64,000 nt of DNA from assembly GCF_006345805.1 (NCBI RefSeq), contig NC_043016.1:23064001-23128000 (forward strand), written 5' to 3'. This DNA is from Octopus sinensis. Lineage: Eukaryota. Positions 37,625 through 49,678 of this stretch are shown piece after piece. Position numbers and translations under genes: made by a program. Under the pieces are notes generated by a model, which was given only the letters and a program-made list of their open reading frames with translations, had not been told where the DNA came from and ran no database searches. The stretch's first letter is position 1, and every line of letters begins with the position of its first letter.

Positions 37625-37980
37625 TGGTAAGAAGTTTCCTTTCCAACCACATAGTTCCAGGTTCAGTTCCACTGCATGGTAAGTGTCTTCTAATGTAGCC
37701 TCAGGCCAACCAAAGCCTTGAGAGCGGATTTTGTAGACGGAAACTGAAAGAAGCCCATCGTATATATATATTTGTGTGTGTGTGTGTGTAGTTCCGTCAC
37801 CGCTTGACATCTAGTGTTGGTGTTTACATCCCTGTAACTTAGTGGTTTGGCAAAAGAGACTGATAGAATAAGTACTAAGCTTAAAAAATAATTCCTGAGG
37901 GTGATTTGGTCTACTAAAATCTTTCAAGGTGGTGCTCCAGCATGGTTGCAGTCAAATAACTGAAACAAGTAAAAGAATAA
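37625..37980 (+). mobile_element. SINE family A, older diverged copy
   Basis: Head, core and tail are recognisable. Confidence 0.8.
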
Positions 37981-38122
37981 AGGAATATCTAAAGGCTAGA
38001 TTAGTTAAAGGGTCAGTGGCTCCTTTAAAGGAAAGTGACCCTAACCAATGATTAATGACTTAAGAAAAAGTAATTTTACTGAAAATATTATATAAGGCCT
38101 AAAAAAATTATAATTATGGGGA

Positions 38123-38935
38123 TAGGCGCAGGAGTGGCTGTGTGGTAAGTAACTTGTTTACCAACCACATGGTTCCGGGTTCAGTCCCACTGCGTGGCAC
38201 CTTGGGCAAGTGTCTTCTTCTATATCCTCGGGCCGACCAAAGCCTTGTGAGTGGATTTGGTAGACAGAAACTGAAAGAAGCCCGTCGTATATATCTTTAT
38301 ATATAAAAGTCAAGTTGTGTGTCTGTCTCCTACGATTTAGATTCCTAACTACTCCCACATTTTGCAGTGCAGTTTAACCAAAACCGGGTATCTTATAGTC
38401 GTGATTCATATCAAGCCCTTCTGGGTATTAGCGCGCGTCTACAATGAGTCTACGATTTAAAAAAAAATTTACCATCATTTTTTTTCCATTTTAATGCATT
38501 TTTTCGCTATTATATAAGGGAAGTAACTCTCTAAAAATGTCTACGATGAGTCAACGATTTAAAAAAAAAATTTACCATCATTTTTTTTCTATTTTTAATG
38601 CATTTTTTGGCTATTTTTTGGCTATAACTCTCTAAAAACGCTTATATAGTTATTTCCCTTACAAACCCGAGCAACGCCGGGCGATACTGCTAGTGTATAT
38701 ATATATGAATGTATGTGTTTGTATGTCTGTGTTTGTCCCCCTAGCATTGCTTGACAACTGATGCTGGTGTGTTTATGTCCCCATTACTTAGCGGTTCGGC
38801 AAAGAGACCTATAGAATAAGTACTGGACTTACAAAAGAATAAGTCCCGGGGTCGAGTTGCTCGATTAAGGGCGGTGCTCCAGCATGGCCGCAGTCAAATG
38901 ACTGAAACAAGTAAAAGAGTAAAAAGAGTAAAGAG
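38123..38935 (+). mobile_element. SINE family A interrupted by a Helitron
   Basis: 5' half 38123-38293 and 3' half 38694-38935. Confidence 0.9.
38294..38693 (+). mobile_element. Complete 400-bp non-autonomous Helitron
   Basis: Inserted between A (38293) and T (38694); 5' TC; subterminal hairpin CCCGAGCAACGCCGGG (38666-38681); 3' CTAG; no TSD; internal tandem duplication of about 120 bp. Confidence 0.9.
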
Positions 38936-39131
38936 TATAGGATTTGGCATAGACATATAAAATAACTAGATCAGTAGCTCCTGACATAGAGTCTGCAGAT
39001 TTCTTAAAATGAGGGTAGGGCTGGTATCAATATAGAAAGAACAAAGAGAAGAACAATGAGCCGGGATCAAATATTTGTTGAGTAGTCAGACTTTTCAAAA
39101 GCCTGGGGTTTGTGGAAAAATCCATTTAATA

Positions 39132-39162
<31 letters not shown>

Positions 39163-39519
39163 CAAATTTTGGTACAAGGCAAGCAATTTTAGTGGAGGGG
39201 TAAGATGATTACATCGACTGCAATGTTTAATTGATATTTATTTTATCAACCCTGAAAGGATGAAAGGCAAAGACAACCTCAAAAGAATTTGAACTCAGAA
39301 TGTATAGACGGGTGAAATACCACTATGCATTTCGACTGGTGGGCTAACAATTCTGCCAACTCATCACCTTAATAACAGTAGTAGCAATAATATTAATCCT
39401 TTTTTAATATAGGCACAAAGCCTGAAATTCTTGGGAATGGGCTAGTTGCTGACATTGCCCTCCCCTCCCCATGTTTGGTACTTATTTTATCAGTCCTGAA
39501 AGAATGAAATGCAAAGTCC

Positions 39520-39960
39520 ACACATGCGTCATTCAATCTACCTTTTACTCTGAGTGAAAGGCCCTTTGTCACCAGCAAGAGGCAGGAGCTCTCTGAACTT
39601 TGCCCAGGCTATTCTTATTCTAGCAGCTACACTCTCAGAGCATCCACTCCCGTTACTGACCTGGTCACCAAGGTAACGGAAGCTATCAACTACTTGTAGT
39701 TTTTCCCCCTGGAATGTGACAGAAGCTGTTGTCTGCACATTTTCAGTGTTTATTGCCACTGAGCATTTGCCACACACAAAATCTATCTTCCTCTGATGTT
39801 GCTGCACCTCTTATATGTCTATAGCTTATACCAGGTACATTTTATGGAGTTTCTACCTATGCCCTTTCTACAGATTGAGCAGGGTCATCTACATGAAGGG
39901 ATTTGTAGTTTGTCTACCTTCTTACTTATTAAGACTTTGGCTTTTACTAGATTGAGTCTA
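39520..39960 (-). mobile_element. RTE-clade LINE fragment
   Basis: EKLQVVDSFRYLGDQVSNGSGCSESVAARIRIAWAKFRELLPL. Confidence 0.85.
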
Positions 39961-40018
39961 AGGCTCTTCGATTCTAGACCTTGCTTCTGCACCTGAAACT
40001 TCTCCTACACACACACAC

Positions 40019-40415
40019 ATAGGTGCAGGAGTGGCTGTGTGGTAGGTAGCTTGCTTACTAACAACATGGTTCCAGGTTCAGTCCCACTGTGTGGCACCTT
40101 GAGCAAGTGTCTTCTACTATAGCTTCGGGCCGACCAAGGCCTTGTGAGAGGATTTGGTACATGGAAACTGAAAGAAGCCCATTGTGTATATGTGTGTATG
40201 TAGTTGTGTGTCTGTTTGTCCCCCACCCCCAACATCACTTGACAGCCGATGTAGGTGTGTTTACGTCCCTGTAACTTAGTGGTACGGCAAAAGAGAACGA
40301 TAGAATAAGTACCAGGCTTACTAAGAATAAGTCCTGGGGTTGATTTGTTCGACTAAAGGTGGTGTACCAGCATGGCTGCAGTCAAATGACTGAAACAAAT
40401 AAAAGAATAAAAAAG
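40019..40415 (+). mobile_element. SINE family A, full length
   Basis: Same structure as the other copies. Confidence 0.9.
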
Positions 40416-40458
40416 AATATAAACACATACACATATATATATATATATTATATATATA

Positions 40459-40508
40459 TATAATCAAAATAAGCAACAAGGATATCCTTGTTGCTTATTT
40501 TGATTATA
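40459..40508. repeat. Perfect 50-bp palindrome with no spacer
   Basis: TATAATCAAAATAAGCAACAAGGAT|ATCCTTGTTGCTTATTTTGATTATA. Confidence 0.95.
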
Positions 40509-40600
40509 ATCACCCCATTTGATTTATATGGATAATACCATACCAAAGTACCATATTCATCTGAATCTAAATTTTGCTGAACTAATATATATATATATAG

Positions 40601-42066
40601 GTTGAAAATATGTGGAAAGCAAATATAAAAAGTGGAAGAGAAATGCCTTCATTTCATATAGTTTAATATCTTTTTATAAATATATACATATCATATGGAT
40701 GTTGTGAAATCCAACCATTTTTCGTTATTTTAATTAACTTTTCAAGGGACATTGTACAGTAATCAATTCTCGTGACAAAGGGGTCTCATCATTTTGGATG
40801 TTTGAAAAATAAGAATGAGTCTAGAGAGTGAACCAAGTGAGGCAACAGATGGCAAGGGGGACAACTGGCTCTTTAGTATTATGCACATCTATCAATATGT
40901 CCACTCAGTGCTATCTACCTGTATAAAAGGAAACAAATCTGTTCTTTATGCAGTGTGACTCTGCGTCTCAAAGTAAGGGTTGTTAGGTCCACATAATTGT
41001 GACCACAATCTGAGCAGGTTCTGGGAAGCACATGTGAAGTTGGTTGTAATTGAGAATTTCTGTCCTTACTGGAAAGTGAATTCCGAGCCTTCAGTTAGGT
41101 ATGGGTATGTACCACAATTAGGTCGTCTGCATTTTTTAACTGTTGGTATTGTATGTATTGCATATAGTTTTGCATTTGCTAGGAGTCTCTTGAGTGATTT
41201 GTGTTGTCTTTTGCATTTGAGGAGTTTATGTGTATTTAGGATGTTGTTCGTTTTCAGGTCTTGAGTGTGCAGAGGGAGATTTTGTATAATTGTGTTGTAT
41301 GCTTCATTGTTTCTGGGGTTGTGGGTTGATAAATATGGGAGTGATTTGAAGTGAGGTGTGGTGTTTTGTTTTGTTGTCAGAGTGTTTGTGTCCAATTTCC
41401 ATGATCTATAAGTGTTCAATGAGTGTTATCTTGAGTTCTTGTACATGAAGTTCCTGAGTGGTTGTGTCAGATACAATTGTACAGAACCTTTTTGCTAGAT
41501 TGAATGAGATATTTATTTTGGTGTGTTTAGGATGGCATGAACTGAAAAGGAGATACTGTTTTGAGTCTGTTGGTTTATAGTAAATATCAATTGCAATTTG
41601 GTTGTTGGACTTTTTAAAAATCAAAATGTCCAGAAATGGGAGCTATTCCTTGCTATATTCCATTGTAAATTTGATGTTGGGGTTTATATTGTTCAGCATG
41701 GATTTGAAATCCAGAGTTTACCATAGGTTTCATTCTAGATGATAAAACAATCGCCTAGGTACCTTTTCTAGTTTTCTCCTAAAAATTATACTAAAGAGCC
41801 AGTTATCCCCCTTGCCACCTGTTGCTTCTCTTGGTTCACTCTCTAGACTCATTCTTATTTTTCAAACATCCAAAATGATGAGACCCCTTTGTCACGGGAA
41901 TTGATTACTGTACAATGTCCCTTGAAAAGCTAATTTAAATAGCGAAAACCAGTTGGATATCATGACATCCATATAATATGTATATATTTATAAAAAGATA
42001 TTAAACTATATGAATCGAAGGCATTTCTCTTCCACTTTTTATATTTGTTTTCCACATATTTTCAAC
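40601..42066. mobile_element. Foldback structure: about 280-bp inverted arms (40601-40880 and 41787-42066) enclosing a PLE fragment
   Basis: The arms are reverse complements along their length (GTTGAAAATATGTGGAAAGC... / ...GTTTTCCACATATTTTCAAC). Confidence 0.85.
40885..41760 (-). mobile_element. Penelope-like element fragment (RT thumb plus GIY-YIG region)
   Basis: IDIYYKPTDSKQYLLFSSCHPKHTKINISFNLAKRFC; KCRRPNCGTYPYLTEG; TNFTCASQNL. Confidence 0.9.
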
Positions 42067-42683
42067 TCATAATTTTGCCACGTGGTGTATGCTGAATCTT
42101 CAGTATCTTTGCTCCTTGTATATTTATATATATAATTAAAATAATAAAAAAATTGAGGTAGGGAAGAATTTTAATCCCCGTCTCTTTAAATGTAGGTTAT
42201 ATGTATTTTTTATTATTTTCTATAAATTCTTATTATTTTGTTTTCTATTACTTTTCTTGTTCTTAAATAGATATTTTTCAGTTACTTAAGTCTATGCAAG
42301 ATGGTTATACTATATCTGTATAAACGTATAAATATTTGTGTATGTGTATATATGCATATATGCACATAACCTATTACCCTCTTATCCCTTATAAATTGTT
42401 ATTTTTCTTGTTCTTAAATAGATATCTTGCAGTTACTTAAGTCTATGCAAAATGGTTGTACTATATCCGTATAAACAAATAAACATTTGTGTACGTGTGC
42501 ACATATATAAATGTGTGTGTATCTATAAGCATCTTAAAATTAATAGATAGATAGTATGTTTATCTTTCCAGTATTCCATAAGTAAATGCCCTGAGCAGTC
42601 TTTATAGAAACCACCTAATAAGTAATTAAGTACATGAATGAATATTAAATTGATTCTATGTAATCTTTCCTTTTTAATGCTTA

Positions 42684-43816
42684 TCTGTATCTATAAAAGG
42701 CATGATGTGTGTGTGTGTGTGTACGTGATTGTAACTTATGCACGTCCACAAATTAGCACACATGTCGCTCCAATTTTAGGAGGACATTCGTCAACACCCT
42801 ACCTGGGTTTTGTCAACTTATTTTTTTCCCCAAGGCACCTGCAGATACCAGTAAAAATCTATTTTCAGCCATAGCTTTTACCAATTTTGAAGGTTGCTAT
42901 AACATGAGTTAAGTCCCTTCTAGCCATAGCCAAGCGAAAGTGTATGTGTGAGGGAGAGACAGAAGTTGTGTGTTGATGTATGTGTGTGTGTGAGGGAGAG
43001 AGAGTGTGTTTCGCAACATCTAACAAAAATAGTAAGGAAAAAGTATGTGCAAGGAAGAGTGAGAGATAGTTTGACAGCGTCTAACAAAAAAAAAACAAGG
43101 TAAAGAAAAGAGGGAGAGAGGCAGAGGGTTTGAAAGCGTCTAACAAAAAAAAAAAGGTAAAGACAAAGTGAGAGAGAGAGGGAAAGAGAGGGAGAGTTTG
43201 ACAAACTTCATAAAAAATAAAATGTTTTGCTTTTTCTTAAACACGAGATACAGTGTTCAAATTTAGGATGTTTTTGAAAGACACTATATTTTATAATCAG
43301 AGTATATATACTTTCTTATACAACAATTACAATATATTTATTTTAAATCAATTATTCATTGTAAATCGTTCATCTTTCTCCCCCCCACCATCTCTCTCAC
43401 ACATATAACGTTGGGTACGAAAGAGTTTTGTTTTTATTTTACACTGAGTAAAAAAGTGTTTTGTTGAGAATCCATTTATTTAACAAAAAAAACCGAAGAG
43501 GTAGGTAACAGTTTGTCAGTGAATTACGCAATATAATTGGGTAGAATTTCCGAGGCTCCCACCACACCCCACTCCATTTCATGGACCACAAAAAGGTTTT
43601 GTAGTATATTAGGAGGCCAGAGTAGTTGATTCCATGCAAAAAAAACAATTCTTTCCTTAGTGAAAATTGTGCGAGTGTTAATCTACAAATTTACCAACAT
43701 TTTTCCCATTCATTTCTGTTTATGAACATGTGTGCAAAAAACATATGCAATAGGTTTATGTACGTACGTGTGTGTATGTGTGTTGCCCATATATATTATA
43801 TAATATTATATTACAT

Positions 43817-43847
<31 letters not shown>

Positions 43848-43971
43848 AACCAATTTCAACAGATTTTGCCCAAATTTGACGTCGATATTACTTAGTTTGG
43901 TTTGAAATAAAGAACTTGATTAGCTTAATAATTGTAACTTAATCCCGGGTAAGGCCAGGTTATACAGCTAG
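42684..43971 (+). mobile_element. Probable non-autonomous Helitron with internal repeats of about 60 bp
   Basis: 5' A|TCTGTATCTATAAAAG; 3' hairpin CCCGGGTAAGGCCAGG plus CTAG (43968-43971)|T; repeats CGTCTAACAAAAAAA...GAGAG at about 43015, 43078 and 43138. Confidence 0.65.
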
Positions 43972-44073
43972 TAATTGATATATATGCACATTTTACCTAT
44001 TTTGGTTATAACATTTTTGTAAATCTTAAATCAGTCTGGAGTAGCATGGCCTACTAGTAGCAGGCCATGCTAC

Positions 44074-44116
44074 TCCAGACTGATGACGAGCAAAGACTCA
44101 GAAACTAGTCTCTGGA
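44074..44116 (+). ncRNA. Type-I minimal hammerhead ribozyme motif with intact catalytic core
   Basis: Stem I TCCAGA/TCTGGA; CTGATGA (44080-44086); stem II (C)GAG-CAAAGA-CTC(A); GAAA; palindromic stem III ACTAGT; GTC triplet 44108-44110. It is preceded by a perfect 22-bp hairpin (44031-44083). Confidence 0.8.
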
Positions 44117-44880
44117 TGCAGGCTTAGCTGGGTAAGGTGTTTCTCTCCCCCTTGTAAACATAAGGACACAGGAAATGTGTCAAGGCCGACAGGAAGTGTT
44201 GATGCTTCCTCAGGCTAAATAGCAGTAGTGTGATTTCCTTCATGTGACTGTCACATTAAGTTGACAATATACAACTACTATATATATATATATATATATA
44301 CAAATTGAGATAGGGGTTGTAAATGCAACCCACCATAGGATACCATGGACTTACATATGTACACCTGTGGATTTAATGTAGTATAAACAGAATGCTGGTA
44401 CTTCTTATTTTGTATGTATATGCGGATATATAACACTTTGCACGGTTTTGTAATAATATTGTGACTATATTGTTAATAATGAATTTATGTATTGTTTCTC
44501 TAGTATTAGCGTTATTGATAATAATATGAATGATGATATAGGTAGCATTTGTAGTAACGACAATGATAATGATGCTAGCATTAATGGCATTTTGTAAATT
44601 AATAAGAACTAATAGAAAGTAACCGTGACTCTCTATATCTGCATTTAGATATTAATATGTGTATGTTTTTTCTTCTACATTGTAATTATCACAACATTAA
44701 GTTGAAAAACTGTAATGTTGAATGTGGAGCATATGTATGTTTATTAATTTTTATTATTTAAATCATTATGTATATTTATATGTATATGAGTATGAGTATA
44801 TGCACTCATATGTATAAGTATATGTTTTATTATGAGTATATACCCACACCTTTATAAGTATATATGTAATCTAATTTGTA

Positions 44881-45007
44881 ATCTCCGAAGAAGCCCTAGG
44901 ATGTTTTTGTAAATGTCTCATTTATAACTACATATTGACCTACCACAAATGGCTAATATGAGTTGAATGAGACATGCTTTTCTACATGGCCGAAACAGCT
45001 GTAAGAT
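44881..45007 (+). ncRNA. Type-I minimal hammerhead motif with a roughly 100-nt hairpin as stem II (U4>C)
   Basis: Stem I ATCT/AGAT; core CCGAAGA; stem II AGCC...GGCC enclosing ATGTCTCATT...AATGAGACAT; GAAAC-AGCT-GTA with palindromic ACAGCTGT. Confidence 0.65.
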
Positions 45008-45627
45008 ATAGTCTATATTTATATTTATGTGTACTTATATTTATGTTCTATTAAACATATTCTACTTATTGTATAACATTACTATTTTATGTACGCTGCT
45101 TTACCCTGCATTATTATGTTTAACCTTATAGTTTCTTATGTAGTGGTTTAATAAAGTATGTGATTGAGTATTATCTGGTAATTGATATTTGATTTCGATG
45201 TATTCTCCATTTTCTTATTTTGTATATATATATAAAATTATATATAAATATATATATATATTTTTTTTTTGTGCGGGTGGCATATAAAAAACACTATTTC
45301 GAGCATGGCTGTTGCCAGTACCGCCAGACTGGCCCTCGTGCCGGTGGCACGTAAAAGCACTCACTACACTCTCGGAGTGGTTGGCATTAGGAAGATTGTA
45401 GCCTGGCGCAACCATCTGGTTTGCCAGTCCTCAGTTAAATCATCCAACCCAAGCTAGCATGGAAAGCGGATGTTAAAGGATGATGATGATGATATATATA
45501 TATATATATATATATCACCATGACTGACCAGGCTATCAGATATTACTACACATCGCTGGTCACAATGCGCTTTGCACTGTTTTAGTCTTCAAATGATGCC
45601 ACTCCGTTGGCTAAGCGAGCAGGCCAA

Positions 45628-46845
45628 TATATATATATATAAAACAGAGTTTGTGAGTGAGTCTGTTTGTGGTGCGTATGTTCCTTATGGATTTGAAAAC
45701 TGAGTTGCCGATTCTGATGTATGAGGTAACAAAAGATTCAGTAATCTTTTGGCTAGCAATTGAAGTATATTTTTTTGCACAACTCTTTTTTGCAACAAAA
45801 AAACCTCAGAAATGAGTTTGGATCACACAATTTTGAGGTTATTTTTCTGAAATATTTAAATTTGCTTCTAATCTATATTGCCAATTCTAATGTTTGCAGT
45901 GTCAAAAAAGGTAGCAATGTACAAGGAGTGTTATGAGCACATTTGTAATGCACAAAATGACCAAAAATCATCTGTTTTTCGAAACAAATATTGGCACATT
46001 TTCTGTCAATAATTCTCTTTGTACCACAACTAAGCTGCCAATGTGAACATCTTCCATATTCTATGATGAAATAATGTCTTTGAGTATTGTGATAGAACTT
46101 CTTTGCACAAAGCCTTATTTTACAAAAGAAAATTGAGTAATGAACCTTCTTTCTGGCATAATTGTGATTGGTTCTGGCATTACTACCAAAAACAATTTGT
46201 CCATATAGATTTTCTCAGTAGCAAACGACTCAGGAATGCCAAAGGAGCATTCTCAAAGGTCTAAACTCAATTAAATTTTCCCAATGATTAACACAGTAAG
46301 AGCCTATATTTGTTCAAATGTGATAAAGATTTGAAGCAATGACTAAAACCTTTTGTGCTTTTCTGCCTTTAACATTTTTCTCTTATTCAACCCAATCTGT
46401 GCAAAGTTCCTTATCATTATTAGTATATATTCATGCCTATTATTCATTCCATAAGCCACTAAGTTCATAAGGATTTTACAACAACCACCCTGTTTTTCAC
46501 AGTGGCTGAGCATGCATGTGGGTGCTGCGATGGAAATCAAACGTCTGACCTGATAACCTCAGTGGAGACAACAACACCGCATATCTATGCAAGGGCAAAT
46601 TAAGGTCACATATATATGAGTCTACCCACAGTGCATGTCCCTCATTGGTGGGGAAGCACACCGTGTTCACTAACTGGTACAATTTCAGATCAATTTTTCC
46701 TTATCAGAGACATGTACTGCAATACCAGTTGGTTGTGGTGTTATTGTTATCAACGACCTGGGCAATGCTGGAGTGCATTGTGTGTGGTGCGTATATTCTG
46801 CTTGAACTAAAAAATTGAGTATATATATATATATATAATATATAT

Positions 46846-46879
<34 letters not shown>

Positions 46880-46933
46880 ATACAATGTGGCTATAGGTCA
46901 TAACACTCGGGCAATGCCAGGGTGCATTTCTAG
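45628..46933 (+). mobile_element. Probable non-autonomous Helitron
   Basis: 5' TATATAAAACAGAGTTTGTGAGTGAGTCTG; 3' hairpin CTCGGGCAATGCCAGG plus CTAG (46930-46933)|T. Confidence 0.6.
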
Positions 46934-47116
46934 TATATATATATAGTCAAATCAAATAAACAAACATTAAAAATAACAATGACAAACAACAAGAGGATGT
47001 GCACATGGAATGAATTAATTTGATTTTTGGCAAAAAGAGAGTTTCTGACATTTCGAATATATAACTATAAATAAACATGTATGTATGTATTTATGTATGT
47101 ATGTATATATATATAT

Positions 47117-47319
47117 AATTTAGAGACAAACCGCTATCTGGTTACTCCATCAATAGTGAAAAGATATTATCTATAATAACCACATAGAGATTAATTAAAT
47201 ATCTTATAATCATTATTTTAAAAATCTCATAAGATATTTCATTAATTTCTATGTGGTTATTATAGATAATATCTTTTCACTATTGGTGGAATAACTAGAT
47301 AGTGGTTTGTCGCTAAATT
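47117..47319. repeat. About 200-bp palindrome in a (TA)n context
   Basis: AATTTAGAGACAAACCGCTATCT... pairs with ...AGATAGTGGTTTGTCGCTAAATT; inner arms are close to perfect. Confidence 0.85.
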
Positions 47320-48526
47320 CTATACATACATATATATATAACATATTGTGAATTTTGATTTAGTGTGCTAAATTGAAATTTTTTCCCTGTTAGCTTGGAA
47401 TTATTACATTTCCTAACTATTAGTAATATTTATATATATATATATATATTATATATATATATATATATTGATAAAACGGTAAGATAACAAAAGAAAGAAA
47501 GAGACCTCAATATTATGTAAATAGAGGAAATTTATCTATACAATATGTTACCGAGTAATGTAACATATTGTATATATATATATATATAAACACATACATA
47601 CATATATAATAAATATATATGTACGTACATACATACATATCAGCGAGAAAGCTAACACAAGGACGCCTCAACATGGTCATTCAACCTACTAAAAATAACA
47701 GCTAAAACTCCCTGAAATTTCATCTTTAACAGAAAATGCACATTATATAATATAGTCTTAGATACACAGTGTTTGAATAAAAGATGGAATAGTGAAGACT
47801 GAAATGTCCTAGATCAGGAATGACATAGAGCAAACCAACAACTACACGGCTAAAACACATTTGGACAATCAACTGAAGCACGCAATACCAATATCACAAG
47901 TCTAGAATTCTTTAAAATAACCTTTGGTAATATATATAGAATAAGCTTTAGTATTGATACCAATAACAGTGGTAATGTTAGCTGATGAGGATGGTGGTGG
48001 TGGTAGTGCTGGTATTGGTAATAATTTGTGGTCATGATATTAATTATAATGATAATGATGTTGTTGATAAGTTTTTTCTAAACAATAGGTGGTCTATCAC
48101 TTTGTTACTCCACCCCACCCCACTCACTAATGCTTAGTTTGGAATTATTCTGTGTAAACTAACACATAGAGTATCCATACAGTTTCTGTCCATTATCTTT
48201 TATTATGCAGTGACAGTTGGAACTCATTTTTCAACCAAGGGGACCAAGTCAGTTTCATGATTCAACAATTTAATATACCTTCTATCCAGTTTAAAACTTA
48301 GGCTAATAAATGAAGTATTTTTGCTTTATTCCAAGTATAACTCTCACTTTCTTCCTCACTTCCTTTCTCTCTCTACACACACAGAAGCAAGTCTGTGTGG
48401 TAAGAGGTTTGCTTCCCAAACACATAGTTTCAGATTCAGTTCCACTACATGGCACCTTGGGTAAAAATCTACTAGAAGCCTTGTGAGTGGATTTGGAAGA
48501 TGGAAATTGAAAAGAAGCTTGTTGTA

Positions 48527-49678
48527 CCAGGTTAAGTCAAAAGTTTTTTTCGGATTTTCACTGACAATTTTTGGCAACTTGTATCTTCATGTTATATCAT
48601 TAATTTGAAACAATTTGTTCAGTTGTTGCTGAATTGTTTATTCTTTATTTTACAGCTTTTAAGAATGAGTGGTGAGAAAATTGCAATTTGATCCATTTTG
48701 TTACCTGTGGTAAAAAGGACTGAATGCAAGGGCAGAAGCAAAAATAATTAATAATGTGGAAAGCCCAGGAACTGTCAATGAATGAGCAGCACAAAACTGG
48801 CTAAGATGTTCCAAGGAAGGTGACAACAGTCTCAAGGACAAACTGAGGTCAGAGAGTCCTTTTGTTGTGGTAGATGGGGACCTTGCTTGAAATGGTTGAA
48901 CAACAGCAAGCACAAGCACTTGTACATTGTCAGCAGAACTTGGTCATTCACAAAATACCATCAAATGACACCTCCATAAGCTTGGTCTTGTGAACAGACA
49001 CTGTCAAGAAGTTCCTCATGAACTGACCAGATTCAACAATGTATGAACATTTGCAAGCAACTAATGATAAATTCTTGAGATACCTGTTGACATTAAATTG
49101 TAACTGGGGATGAAAAAACAGAAATCAGTGGTTTTATTCTTGCCAGGCTTCAGAACCTGTTGTCAAACATGGGTGGTTGTTGAGTTTTGTGGAATTTCAA
49201 GAGTATGTTGTACTTTAGCTTGTCTCAGATGGTCATGCTGTGAACACTAACCGCAATGCTCAACAACTGCTGCGAGCATTTGATGTGTTGAAAGCATTTT
49301 TCAATTGAAGACATGCACTCCTACAGCAAGACAATGCCCCAGCACAGACTGTCAATGTCACCAAGTGCAAATTTGAGATATTGGAAGTTCTTCTTCACTC
49401 TGTCTAGATTCCAGACCTTGCACTATCAAATTACTGCCTTTTCCAAGCCATAACTCATTTGCTGTTTGGCAGAGGCTCAGCAAAATGGAGAAAGTTGAAG
49501 ATGAATGCACAGTGTTTCTTTTTGCCTCTGAACTAGCCAAATTGTATAAGCATGGAACTGAGTTTCTGGCACAACAATAGAATATGATGGGATATATTTT
49601 GATGAATAAACACTTTTTGTATGTAATTTCTTTGAACTATTAAAGCTTGAAATATGAAAAACTTTTGACTCACCCCGG
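48527..49678 (+). mobile_element. Decayed mariner inserted into a family A SINE (halves about 48385-48526 and about 49680-49800)
   Basis: TIRs CCAGGTTAAGTCAAAAGTTTTT and AAAAACTTTTGACTCACCCCGG; TA on the left; translated traces LEDKLRSE.P, IVTGDEK, LLQQDNAP and PDLALSNYCLF. Confidence 0.85.

Noticed and set aside
43540-43580. Helitron Rep motif trace (VEF..RGLPH-like) GTAGAATTTCCGAGGCTCCCACCAC
   Set aside because: It needs multiple indels to fit; suggestive only.
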